32,000 nucleotides of DNA from Candidatus Saccharimonadota bacterium (GTDB lineage Bacteria; Patescibacteriota; Saccharimonadia; Saccharimonadales; Saccharimonadaceae). Shown piece after piece: positions 15,217 through 26,554 of the stretch (position 1 is the stretch's first letter; every line of letters starts with the position of its first letter). The DNA lies in assembly GCA_001029695.1 (NCBI GenBank), contig CP011211.1, forward strand, positions 300,001 through 332,000. Reading direction: 5' to 3'. The translations under genes and the position numbers were made by a program. The notes under the pieces are model-generated. The model ran no database searches. It was not told the origin of the DNA and was given only the letters and a program-made list of their open reading frames with translations.

Positions 15217-16653
15217 ATGACCGAGTTTTCTTCACCTAATAACCAGGAGCTCTACCCTCTTAAGCCACTTCACCCGTGGCTAGAGTGTCCAGAGCGCTAT
15301 GCCCCAACTCTTGATCGACAGGAGCGAGAATTATGGTACGACGGACCCAATTATACCGCAGACGCTGTCATCATGACCCGTGACGCGGATCCTCTTATTC
15401 TTCTCATCACACGCCGTGACGGATCGTATGCCGTACCTGGCGGATTCATTGATGCCAGCGAATCGACAGAGCGAGCTGCCATCCGTGAGGCCTATGAGGA
15501 AACCTCCGTCAATTTAGCCGATACAAAGTCGTCTCTAATATTTTCAGGGGTCGTCGATGACCCGCGGGCGACAAAACATGCATGGATAGAAACTACGGCA
15601 TTTTTATTTTCAGTCGATAAACCGCTCCCATCCAAGGCGGGAGATGACGCCCTCGATACAACCTGGTGCAGATACAGTCAATTACCAGGAGAGCTATACG
15701 GATCTCACAGAGAGATTATCAACGCCGCCTATGAACGACACTTCCATCTTCACACCCTAAAGTTTCCAGAAACAGCAGTAGTAGAAAAAGCATATGGCGG
15801 CCACATGCTCTATCACCGATTTTTCGTAAAACACAGCTCATCAAGCCCACAATATTTCGTAAAGTCGCATGACAAGATACTTTTCTCCGACCAAAGTAGA
15901 GCAAATCATTCCATACAGTATCTAGAAAAAGAAGCGTTAGTATACGAATACCTGCGCTCAAGCTCGTATCTATTTATCCCTACTATCTCACAATCACATG
16001 CGCCCCATACGATCACAATGGACGCATACCATCCAGATGAAAACTGGTATTGGCGTGCACCAAAAAACGCTGCATACCACAATTACGTAGAAGATATCTT
16101 CTCAGCCTTTTATCAGCTAGAGACTATTGCTCCTCCGACAGATTTTCATGAAAATATTGAACCGACACACATACTGCTAGCTACTGAAGGTTGGGGCGCG
16201 ATACATGATACTACCGATACAGTATATACGTCTCTATTCGCATATCATCATGAGATTCCTAGTGCAGATACTCTATACAGCAACCTAACGAACCTTAGAG
16301 ATTACGCACTACACCACCCTCCGCAGCCGCCCTCCGTGCTTGCTCATCATGATGCAAGACAAGCAAATATAGCATGGCATCCTAGTCATGGAGCGCGACT
16401 GGTCGATTGGAGCTGGACTGGCCTCGCCACTCCAAAAAGCGACTCAACAAACTTTCTTATCGATCTTCATAAGCACGGCCATGACGTAAGTCGCTACCTT
16501 GACGATCATTTCGACCCCATACACGCATTGACACTGATCGGGTTTTGGATCGAGCATAGCACATGGCCCGTCGGAAATGGCGACAATGACGTACGGAAGC
16601 AACAATTCCTATCTGCCCTTAGCGCATATGAGCTTTTTACAAAAACTATATAA
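15217..16653 (+). CDS. Nudix hydrolase fused to an aminoglycoside-phosphotransferase-fold kinase domain
   Basis: 478 aa. The N-terminus has an intact Nudix box, GGFIDASESTERAAIREAYEETSV. The C-terminus has the Brenner motif HHDARQAN (HxDxxxxN) followed by LVDWSW (IDWE-like metal-binding Asp), as in APH/choline-kinase-fold kinases. Last gene of the pncA-pncB operon. Confidence 0.75.
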   Translation: MTEFSSPNNQELYPLKPLHPWLECPERYAPTLDRQERELWYDGPNYTADAVIMTRDADPLILLITRRDGSYAVPGGFIDASESTERAAIREAYEETSVNLADTKSSLIFSGVVDDPRATKHAWIETTAFLFSVDKPLPSKAGDDALDTTWCRYSQLPGELYGSHREIINAAYERHFHLHTLKFPETAVVEKAYGGHMLYHRFFVKHSSSSPQYFVKSHDKILFSDQSRANHSIQYLEKEALVYEYLRSSSYLFIPTISQSHAPHTITMDAYHPDENWYWRAPKNAAYHNYVEDIFSAFYQLETIAPPTDFHENIEPTHILLATEGWGAIHDTTDTVYTSLFAYHHEIPSADTLYSNLTNLRDYALHHPPQPPSVLAHHDARQANIAWHPSHGARLVDWSWTGLATPKSDSTNFLIDLHKHGHDVSRYLDDHFDPIHALTLIGFWIEHSTWPVGNGDNDVRKQQFLSALSAYELFTKTI

Positions 16654-16729
16654 TTTGCCCTCTCCAAGCAGTATTTCAGTATACTTCCTATAGTATAGTA
16701 ATAGAAAGCATCGTAGAAGAAAGGGCTTC

Positions 16730-17188
16730 ATGGAACAGCAAAAGCTAAGAATTATTGGCGTTATCGCTATAGGGCTCATCGCTATTGGAGGTACGGCAAC
16801 AGCAGTCGTTCTCAATAAACAGACTGATACTACGCCATCTAGCACAACGACCACCTCGTCTCCCAATAACGCTACGCCATCTACCAGTGGCACTGCCTAT
16901 AAAAATGGATCATTTTCAGCAAACGGCAGCTACCGCACACCTGGTGGCACCGAAACAATTAGCGTCAGCGTCACGTTAAAAGACGACGTCATAACCTCAG
17001 TATCCGTAACGGGCAATGGACGAGGAGATTCAGCTGAATACCAATCTATGTTTAAGAGTGGCGTAAGTAGTCTGACTGTAGGAAAAGACATCGATGATGT
17101 AAAACTCTCACGAGTATCGGGCTCCTCACTCACCTCGACAGGATTTAATAGTGCCCTCGACACGATTAAAACAGAAGCCCGAGTCTGA
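16730..17188 (+). CDS. Membrane-anchored FMN-binding-domain protein (ApbE substrate)
   Basis: 152 aa with an N-terminal TM anchor and a Thr/Ser-rich linker. The FMN_bind-like domain carries VSGSSLTSTGF, matching the NqrC/RnfG flavinylation motif SGAT(L)TS. Confidence 0.8.
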   Translation: MEQQKLRIIGVIAIGLIAIGGTATAVVLNKQTDTTPSSTTTTSSPNNATPSTSGTAYKNGSFSANGSYRTPGGTETISVSVTLKDDVITSVSVTGNGRGDSAEYQSMFKSGVSSLTVGKDIDDVKLSRVSGSSLTSTGFNSALDTIKTEARV

Positions 17189-18032
17189 TCTCAACTTTGA
17201 GGCGCTCGGCACTCAGTGGTATATATCTACTCCAGGCACGATTACTAAGTCTGTCGAAGCACAAATCCACGAGCACTTAGAAGTCATAGACAAAACATGG
17301 TCTCGCTTTCGTAACGATTCGCTCGTAGCCACTATGAGCTCATCAGCCGGGACATATAAAATCGATACAAGAGACAGTCAATTACTCGCTTGGTACAGTG
17401 AGCTCTACTCTGCTACAAATGGTAAAGTCTCTCCGCTCATAGGACAGACCATTTCTGACGCAGGATATGACCAGGTATATTCACTGACTCAAAAGCAAGC
17501 AATTCATCAGACTCCCGCATGGGGTGACGTCATAGAACTCACAGGCGCTTCATTAAGTGTCCGACGTCCGGCACTGATCGACGTCGGGGCTGCTGGTAAG
17601 GGGTATGCCGTTGATGCGATTTGCGACTTACTGAACGCAAATGACATTCACGCATATACGATTGACGCTGGAGGTGATATTCGCACAAAAGGACCTCTTC
17701 AGCGGATTGGACTAGAGCACCCCTTTGATGCTACAAAAGTCATCGGTGCAGTCAATCTGACTAGCCGCAGTATTTGCGGGTCGGCTACCAATCGACGAGC
17801 ATGGGGTGACTGGCATCATATCATCGATCCGTCCACATCACTTCCTACAACAAACATTATTGCCACATGGGTCATTGCCGACACAGCCATGATTGCCGAT
17901 GGCCTGGCGACGGCTCTATTCTTCGTCGAACCAGATAAACTCACTCACCTAGCCGACTTTCTGTATGTAATAATTCGTAGCGACGGAACTGTAATGTATT
18001 CTAAACATAAGACTATTGAACTATTTATATAG
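17151..18032 (+). CDS. apbE: FAD:protein FMN transferase (ApbE family)
   Basis: 293 aa with ALGTQWYI, IDVGAAGKGYAVD and IDAGGDI motifs. The only in-frame start found is GTG 17151, which overlaps the upstream gene by 38 nt, so the start is uncertain. Confidence 0.8.
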   Translation: MPSTRLKQKPESDLNFEALGTQWYISTPGTITKSVEAQIHEHLEVIDKTWSRFRNDSLVATMSSSAGTYKIDTRDSQLLAWYSELYSATNGKVSPLIGQTISDAGYDQVYSLTQKQAIHQTPAWGDVIELTGASLSVRRPALIDVGAAGKGYAVDAICDLLNANDIHAYTIDAGGDIRTKGPLQRIGLEHPFDATKVIGAVNLTSRSICGSATNRRAWGDWHHIIDPSTSLPTTNIIATWVIADTAMIADGLATALFFVEPDKLTHLADFLYVIIRSDGTVMYSKHKTIELFI

Positions 18033-18039
18033 GAAACCC

Positions 18040-19551
18040 ATGAAACACGTACTCGAATCAGTCGTTAATAAAATCACCATGTACCGACTGGTTATGTTCG
18101 GCCTACTTCCCATTGCCCTACTCAGCTTACTCCTAAGCGGCATTGGACAGCTCGGACTGCCGTTCGAATCTCTCCTTTTATCCTATATTCTTGTAGTCAC
18201 ATCATCATATGTCTTTAGTCGGCTGTTTGCATGGACATTTTCAACTTCACACAACTCAGAGTCTTGGATGATCACTGGACTGATTCTGTTTCTCGTCCTA
18301 CCGCCAGCTTCAACACCAAAATCAGTTCTTGTGTGTATCGCCGCAGCATTTATCGCAACTGCATCAAAATACCTGCTCGCGTATAAACAGCGACATATAT
18401 TTAATCCGGCAGCTATTACACTACTCATTGTAGGTGGTAGTGGTCTGTCTGGCGCACTATGGTGGATTGGAACACCGCTTCTTCTACCGGCCGTCAGTAT
18501 AGTTGGACTACTCATTGTCGCAAAAACCCGTCGGTATGCCATGGTCGGTACTTTTCTTGCCGTGGCAATTATCACATCTCTTGTTGTGTCACTCTTGCAG
18601 CAATATTCTATAGAAGAAACGCTCAAAACAGCAATAATATCCGGTCCGATTATCTTCTTTGCATCGGTCATGCTCACAGAGCCGCTCACCTCCCCAACCA
18701 CACGAAAATGGCAACTCATCTTTGCAGCGATCGTCGGTATTTGGTATGGCGGCAACTTCTTTACCGGTGATTTTGCATGGCTCTCAACACCAGCAGCTGC
18801 GCTGATTATTGGAAATCTATTTGCATTTGCCGTCGGTACTAAAAAAGCTATCCGGTTAAAGATCGATGACGTTCGGGAGATAGGACCCAATATCCATGAA
18901 GTCGTCACCACTCCATTAGTGCCCTTTTCCTTCTCTCCGGGACAATACCTCGAGCTAAGCCTTCCTCATAGAAAACAAGACCAAAAAGGTATGCGGCGTA
19001 TTTTTTCAATCGCATCGGCACCAGGAGAGTCAACAGTACGATTTGGCATCACACACGGAAATACTATAAGTAGCTTCAAAAAAGCGTTGCTTGAGAGCAA
19101 GGGCAAGACCATACGAACGACACTTCTAGGCGGTGACTTCATCTTACCTGACGACTCTCAGACACCTTTACTATTCATGGCAGGTGGTATTGGTATAACA
19201 CCTTTTCGATCAATGCTCGCAGATCTTTCGCTAAGGGCGGAGAAGCGAGATATCGTTCTTTTCTATGGAACAAACACAATTGACTCAATCGTGTTTCAAG
19301 ATGTTCTCGATCAGGCTGAAAAAACCTCTGGCCTAACGGTGATTCCAATTCTCGCGTCACCACCCGAAGGCTGGCAAGGTGAAACCGGCTTCGTCCGTAC
19401 CACCCTTCTAGCTCGCTATGCACCAGATTTTCGTGAGCGAACTATATTCATATCTGGGCCTCCAGTCATGGTTGATACGCTGAAGAAAGATCTAAAACAT
19501 ATGGGAGTATCTCAAAAACAGATCATTACTGATCATTTTTCAGGCTACTAA
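18040..19551 (+). CDS. Polytopic membrane domain (NqrB/RnfD-like) fused to an FNR-type FAD/NAD(P)H oxidoreductase domain
   Basis: The ORF is open from TTG 18016; ATG 18040 is preceded by AGGAAA. The N-terminal ~270 aa has about 8 TM helices and HIFNPAA, reminiscent of NqrB/RnfD. The C-terminal part has RIFSIAS (RxYS FAD site), GGIGITPFRSM (NAD(P)H site), ISGPP and the terminal FSGY. Confidence 0.8.
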   Translation: MKHVLESVVNKITMYRLVMFGLLPIALLSLLLSGIGQLGLPFESLLLSYILVVTSSYVFSRLFAWTFSTSHNSESWMITGLILFLVLPPASTPKSVLVCIAAAFIATASKYLLAYKQRHIFNPAAITLLIVGGSGLSGALWWIGTPLLLPAVSIVGLLIVAKTRRYAMVGTFLAVAIITSLVVSLLQQYSIEETLKTAIISGPIIFFASVMLTEPLTSPTTRKWQLIFAAIVGIWYGGNFFTGDFAWLSTPAAALIIGNLFAFAVGTKKAIRLKIDDVREIGPNIHEVVTTPLVPFSFSPGQYLELSLPHRKQDQKGMRRIFSIASAPGESTVRFGITHGNTISSFKKALLESKGKTIRTTLLGGDFILPDDSQTPLLFMAGGIGITPFRSMLADLSLRAEKRDIVLFYGTNTIDSIVFQDVLDQAEKTSGLTVIPILASPPEGWQGETGFVRTTLLARYAPDFRERTIFISGPPVMVDTLKKDLKHMGVSQKQIITDHFSGY

Positions 19552-20105
19552 CGCGCACTCGTAAACCACTCAGCAAAATGACTCCAGTGCACAAGCCCTT
19601 CCGCTGCCGACGCGACATCACCTCGATCGTGCCTCTCCGCAAGGGTCTTGTTTCCGTAAAGACATACCGTCTTCTCTATCGAATTTCCCTTTACTCCGCG
19701 TGGCTCACGCGCAAACTTCCCCTCGTAACTTGCTTCGAAATGCTGCATATTTTGACCATCAAAATAGGCGATATGCTCGAGGCATATTATCGTTCGATCT
19801 TTGCCATCCATAATCTTTAGCCAGTCATCCGGCTGCCACCACGAGGATACATCTTTCATATAGCCTCCGGGAAATCCACCTAGGGCAGGTATACTCCAAC
19901 TCGTATCTTGCACAACAACAGGCTCATGTGTTACTTCATATGCCGCACGTGCCTTTGCCTTCGTAATCTCTGCAGGGTCTTGATGCTGGATCTCGTCTAT
20001 ATCCACAGCAATCGCGATAACTCCTATGTCGTACCCACTTAGCGCCTTTCTTGCTTCGACAATTTTTCGATTATTGGTAGTTGCAAAATTAATTGTTTCC
20101 GTCAT
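19548..20105 (-). CDS. Non-canonical purine NTP pyrophosphatase (ITPase/Ham1/RdgB family), divergent
   Basis: 185 aa with INFATTNNRKIVEA, DEIQ, VQDTS, GGFPGGYMK and REPRG. The C-terminal region lacks the canonical GFGYD. Confidence 0.75.
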   Translation of the reverse strand: MTETINFATTNNRKIVEARKALSGYDIGVIAIAVDIDEIQHQDPAEITKAKARAAYEVTHEPVVVQDTSWSIPALGGFPGGYMKDVSSWWQPDDWLKIMDGKDRTIICLEHIAYFDGQNMQHFEASYEGKFAREPRGVKGNSIEKTVCLYGNKTLAERHDRGDVASAAEGLVHWSHFAEWFTSAR

Positions 20106-20313
20106 ATCCTAAAAAATCTCGCAGTGCCGCAAACGGCTTTATTTTAGTGTAGGTTGCTGTATCTTCCATCTGGTTCAACTCTGCGCGCGTACGGCCCGCA
20201 TAACCCTCTGGAATAAAGATCCTGTCCCATCCATAACCATTTTTACCACGCGGCTCTTGGGCTATGCTACCATCAAGTACGTAGTCTGACACCTTTATCA
20301 CCGCTAGAGCCAA
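20089..20313 (-). pseudogene. C-terminal fragment of a second, more canonical ITPase
   Basis: 74-codon ORF with a TTG start only. GSIAQEPRGKNGYGWDRIFIPEGYAGRTRAEL corresponds to the last ~40% of RdgB/Ham1 proteins. The N-terminal ~110 aa are absent. It is wedged between the Nudix gene and the full-length ITPase, overlapping both. Confidence 0.4.
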
Positions 20314-20714
20314 CCTAGCTTTCTGAACAATTTCACCGATGGCGGTACATTGTCATATTCAGCAAGTTTATCTTTTGCCACCCATTCTAACCTTTCAACT
20401 CCTTCAGACAGTCTTAGCTCGCCCTCACTATATTCACAGATAACATCGAGATAAACAAATTGCTTTTCCTTTCCATCAAGATCGCATTTTACTTCCGTGT
20501 CCCACCCAATCTGATCTTTTACTGTAACTGTAATACCTATCTGATCTTCTAAGTGCTTATTAAGTGTTTCAGTGACATCCTGCCCAGGCTGTAGTTCAGC
20601 GCCAAACACATACCATGTCTCTGCGTATGGTGGCGCACCATCTGGCTTTTTACGGAGTAGTACTTCTCCGTTTTTATTTTCGACAATTGCGATAACGAGA
20701 ACTTTAGTTTGCAT
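20304..20714 (-). CDS. Nudix-fold protein with a degenerate Nudix box
   Basis: 136 aa. GAELQPGQDVTETLNKHLEDQIGI aligns to GX5EX7REUXEEXGU, but several catalytic Glu/Arg positions are replaced. A TTGTAT-17-TATAAA promoter lies upstream. Confidence 0.7.
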   Translation of the reverse strand: MQTKVLVIAIVENKNGEVLLRKKPDGAPPYAETWYVFGAELQPGQDVTETLNKHLEDQIGITVTVKDQIGWDTEVKCDLDGKEKQFVYLDVICEYSEGELRLSEGVERLEWVAKDKLAEYDNVPPSVKLFRKLGWL

Positions 20715-20884
20715 AGCTTAAGTATATCAGATCCCTGGAGTGAAAATACCTCACCCAACTGACAGGAGACGGCACCCGAAACATGGCATATTTATATCGT
20801 CCGACACACGTATATACAAAGGTTTATCATTGAGAAACCATGCGACTCCGAATATACTACATGACCGTTATCTTACGGATACAT

Positions 20885-24054
<3,170 letters not shown>

Positions 24055-24071
<17 letters not shown>

Positions 24072-24930
24072 TGTCTCGAAGTCTTGCTATGCGATCCTCG
24101 AGTGGAGGGTGGCTGCTAAATAATTTACTCAAAAAACTTGGTTTGAGTGGATTACTCAAAAATAGATTTGCCGATGCGCTATTTTGATGCTGCATAGGCT
24201 TTCCAAATTGAAGAAGCTTCTCGAGTGCACTTGCCATACCTTCACTATCTCGTGTCGTCAAAGCACCCGAAGCGTCGGCAAGATACTCTCGCTGACGGCT
24301 CACCGCCATCTGCACCATCGCAGCAATGATTGGCGCAAGGATTATCACGATAATTCCGACGATATACACGGCTGGATGAACATTATCTCGACGATCACCA
24401 CCAAAGAAGAGCATACGAAGGACAATATCAGAAAGAAGCCCAATCGCGCTAACAAGACCAAACGAAATCATACTCACACGGATATCATAATTTTGCACAT
24501 GTCCCATTTCGTGGGCCATAACCGCAGTTACTTCACGATCATTCATAATTTCAAGCAAACCTGTCGTAGCACCGACAATAGCATGCTGAGGGTTGCGACC
24601 TGTTGCGAATGCGTTTGGCGCAGGGTCATCGATAAGATAGATTTTTGGTGTCGGCATACCTGTTGTAATCGCAAGATTCTCAACAATCCGATACAGACGA
24701 GGGTTGTCTTTCTTTTCGATTTCTCGCGCACCGTTCATAGCGACAGCAAGCTTACTTGCTGCAAAATACTGAAACAGTGCATACAAAAATGCCGCTACCA
24801 GTACCCATAAAGTGATAGATGTATCACCAAAGTAAAGGCTGACTAAGTAGCCGATACCACTCACAATACCAACAAACACAGCCATTATAAGTATGGTGTT
24901 TCGTTTATTAGTCGCAATAGCTCCGTACAT
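24055..24930 (-). CDS. htpX: Zinc metalloprotease HtpX (M48 family)
   Basis: 291 aa with TM helices, the HEMGH zinc motif and a downstream EYLAD glutamate motif. Confidence 0.9.
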
Positions 24931-24986
24931 TAGTCAGCCTCTCCTGTAATTTGGTAGTTTGTTACTTATTCTTAGTCTGTCGAGTT

Positions 24987-25556
24987 CTAGAACTTTACGT
25001 CAACAGGCTTTTCAACTGTTGCACGCTCAGATTCGTCAACATCGTAGAATTCGCGCTCTTTAAACCCAAGCATACCTGCAAAAATGTTGTTTGGGAAAAG
25101 TGAAATCTTTGTGTTAAGGTCGCGTACGCCACCATTATAGAAACGACGAGAACCTTGGATTTTGTCCTCAGTATCGACAAGCTCAGCCTGAAGTTCAGAG
25201 AAATTCTGGCTTGCTTTTAGCTCAGGATACGCCTCAGCAACAGCAAAGATACTCTTTAGGGCACCTTCGAGTTGATTGTCAGCGGCAGCAGCTTCTTTAG
25301 GCGTCTTTGCATTGATCATGCTTGAACGCGCTTCAGTTACAGCCTCAAACACACCGCTCTCATGAGATGCATAGCCCTTGACTGTGTTAACGAGATTTGG
25401 GATCAAGTCAGCACGGCGCTTTAGCTGTACAGTAATATCACTCCACGCTTCGTCTACACGAATCTTGAGCGTTACGAGTCCGTTATAGGTCGCCCAAAGG
25501 AAGATGCCAAGAACAACAACAATTCCCAGAATAATCCATAGCCATAGTAAATCCAT
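24987..25556 (-). CDS. lemA: LemA family protein
   Basis: 189 aa with an N-terminal TM segment and a typical LemA helical domain (YNGLVTL...RADLIPNLV...RRFYNGGVRDLN). Extended -10 TGGTATAAT lies at 25608-25600. Confidence 0.9.
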   Translation of the reverse strand: MDLLWLWIILGIVVVLGIFLWATYNGLVTLKIRVDEAWSDITVQLKRRADLIPNLVNTVKGYASHESGVFEAVTEARSSMINAKTPKEAAAADNQLEGALKSIFAVAEAYPELKASQNFSELQAELVDTEDKIQGSRRFYNGGVRDLNTKISLFPNNIFAGMLGFKEREFYDVDESERATVEKPVDVKF

Positions 25557-25612
25557 TTTCTTATAATCCCCTTATATATTCCGTTTCTTTTACTCCTTCA
25601 TTATACCATTTT

Positions 25613-25655
25613 GCAACAAAAAATTCGACTACAGACGAGTCGAATTTTTATAATT
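25613..25655 (-). terminator. Terminator hairpin downstream of tRNA-Leu (T-runs on both strands)
   Basis: AATTCGACT-ACAGACG-AGTCGAATT, flanked by an A-run on one side and a T-run on the other. Confidence 0.65.
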
Positions 25656-25657
25656 TT

Positions 25658-25744
25658 TGGTGCGCAGAGCGGGACTTGAACCCGCACGACCGTGAGGCCA
25701 AGAGATTTTAAGTCTCTCGTGTCTACCAATTCCACCATCCGCGC
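25658..25744 (-). tRNA. tRNA-Leu (anticodon UAA), CCA encoded
   Basis: The reverse complement is GCGCGGATGGTGGAATTGGTAGACACGAGAGACTTAAAATCTCTTGGCCTCACGGTCGTGCGGGTTCAAGTCCCGCTCTGCGCACCA. It has a long variable arm and the anticodon loop CTTAAAA. Confidence 0.95.
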
Positions 25745-25768
25745 TTAAAACCTAGTATACTAGAAAAT

Positions 25769-26362
25769 ATGCAACAAGTACTAATAATTCATGGTGGCTC
25801 AAGCTTCAATTCGTACGAGTCATATATTCGAGACCTACGAGACAGTCCGTTGAAGTACGAAAAACTACTCCCTCAGCAGAAATGGAAGCCATGGATAGCC
25901 GAGCAAATGCCAGACGCAGACGTACTACTCCCTACCTTTCCAAATGGCAAGAATGCCGTATACGAAGAATGGAAGATATATTTTGAGAAAATACTTCCCT
26001 ACCTAGATCTAGAAAATACACAGCTGGTCGGCCATAGTCTTGGGGCGATGTTTCTTGCAATTTACCTAAATGAAACCACCCTAGCCAAAAGAGTTAAGCG
26101 GCTCATCCTAGTTTCGCCAGCTTACGCCGATGAAAGTGTCGAAGAGTTAGGAAGTTTTAAAGTAACTTCTGCAAAACATGCCGTGGATAGCGCTGAAGAA
26201 TTACATCTATTTCACAGTCAAGACGATCCAGTCGTACCCTACACAGAGCTCGCTAAGTTTGAGCTTGACCTACCTAGCGCTATAGTTCATCGATTCAATG
26301 GTCGAGGCCATTTCTCAGACCCTACATTTCCAGAATTACTAGAACTTCTCAAACAAAAATAA
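25769..26362 (+). CDS. Alpha/beta serine hydrolase (YdeN/RBBP9-like)
   Basis: 197 aa with the nucleophile elbow GHSLGA and downstream Asp/His candidates (SQDDPVVP, GRGHF). Confidence 0.75.
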   Translation: MQQVLIIHGGSSFNSYESYIRDLRDSPLKYEKLLPQQKWKPWIAEQMPDADVLLPTFPNGKNAVYEEWKIYFEKILPYLDLENTQLVGHSLGAMFLAIYLNETTLAKRVKRLILVSPAYADESVEELGSFKVTSAKHAVDSAEELHLFHSQDDPVVPYTELAKFELDLPSAIVHRFNGRGHFSDPTFPELLELLKQK

Positions 26363-26386
26363 TCTCGAACTATCGAGATTATTTCA
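26361..26386. terminator. Bidirectional terminator between the hydrolase gene and tRNA-Cys
   Basis: AATCTCGA-ACTA-TCGAGATT. On the minus strand it is followed by ATTTTTGTTTG, and on the plus strand by ATTTCA. Confidence 0.65.
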
Positions 26387-26460
26387 TGGAGGCACCTACG
26401 GGATTCGAACCCGTGTACACGGTTTTGCAGACCGCTGCGTAACCACTCCGCCAAGGCGCC
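26387..26460 (-). tRNA. tRNA-Cys (anticodon GCA), CCA encoded
   Basis: The reverse complement is GGCGCCTTGGCGGAGTGGTTACGCAGCGGTCTGCAAAACCGTGTACACGGGTTCGAATCCCGTAGGTGCCTCCA. The anticodon loop is CTGCAAA, and the discriminator U73 is typical of Cys. Confidence 0.95.
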
Positions 26461-26554
26461 ATCTCGACATAGTATAGCAGATCAACCAACGCGTTTAAAC
26501 TTATTTAAGCTGTTTTATACGCTAAGTTATATATTACTAAAATACGTCTTTCAT

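Noticed and set aside
18183-18911. 242-aa ORF antisense to the membrane-FNR gene
   Set aside because: It lies entirely within a well-supported plus-strand gene and has no recognisable motifs. It is a typical shadow ORF. The same reasoning applies to 165-584, 8017-8289, 11652-12098, 24184-24810 and the other short antisense ORFs in the track.
20715-20800. Hairpin in the 5' UTR of the Nudix/ITPase operon (CCTG..GGGTGA..TCACTC..CAGG) as a possible small riboswitch
   Set aside because: It is a single short hairpin that resembles no riboswitch consensus I can recall (preQ1, ZTP, guanidine) and is not followed by a terminator. The evidence is insufficient.
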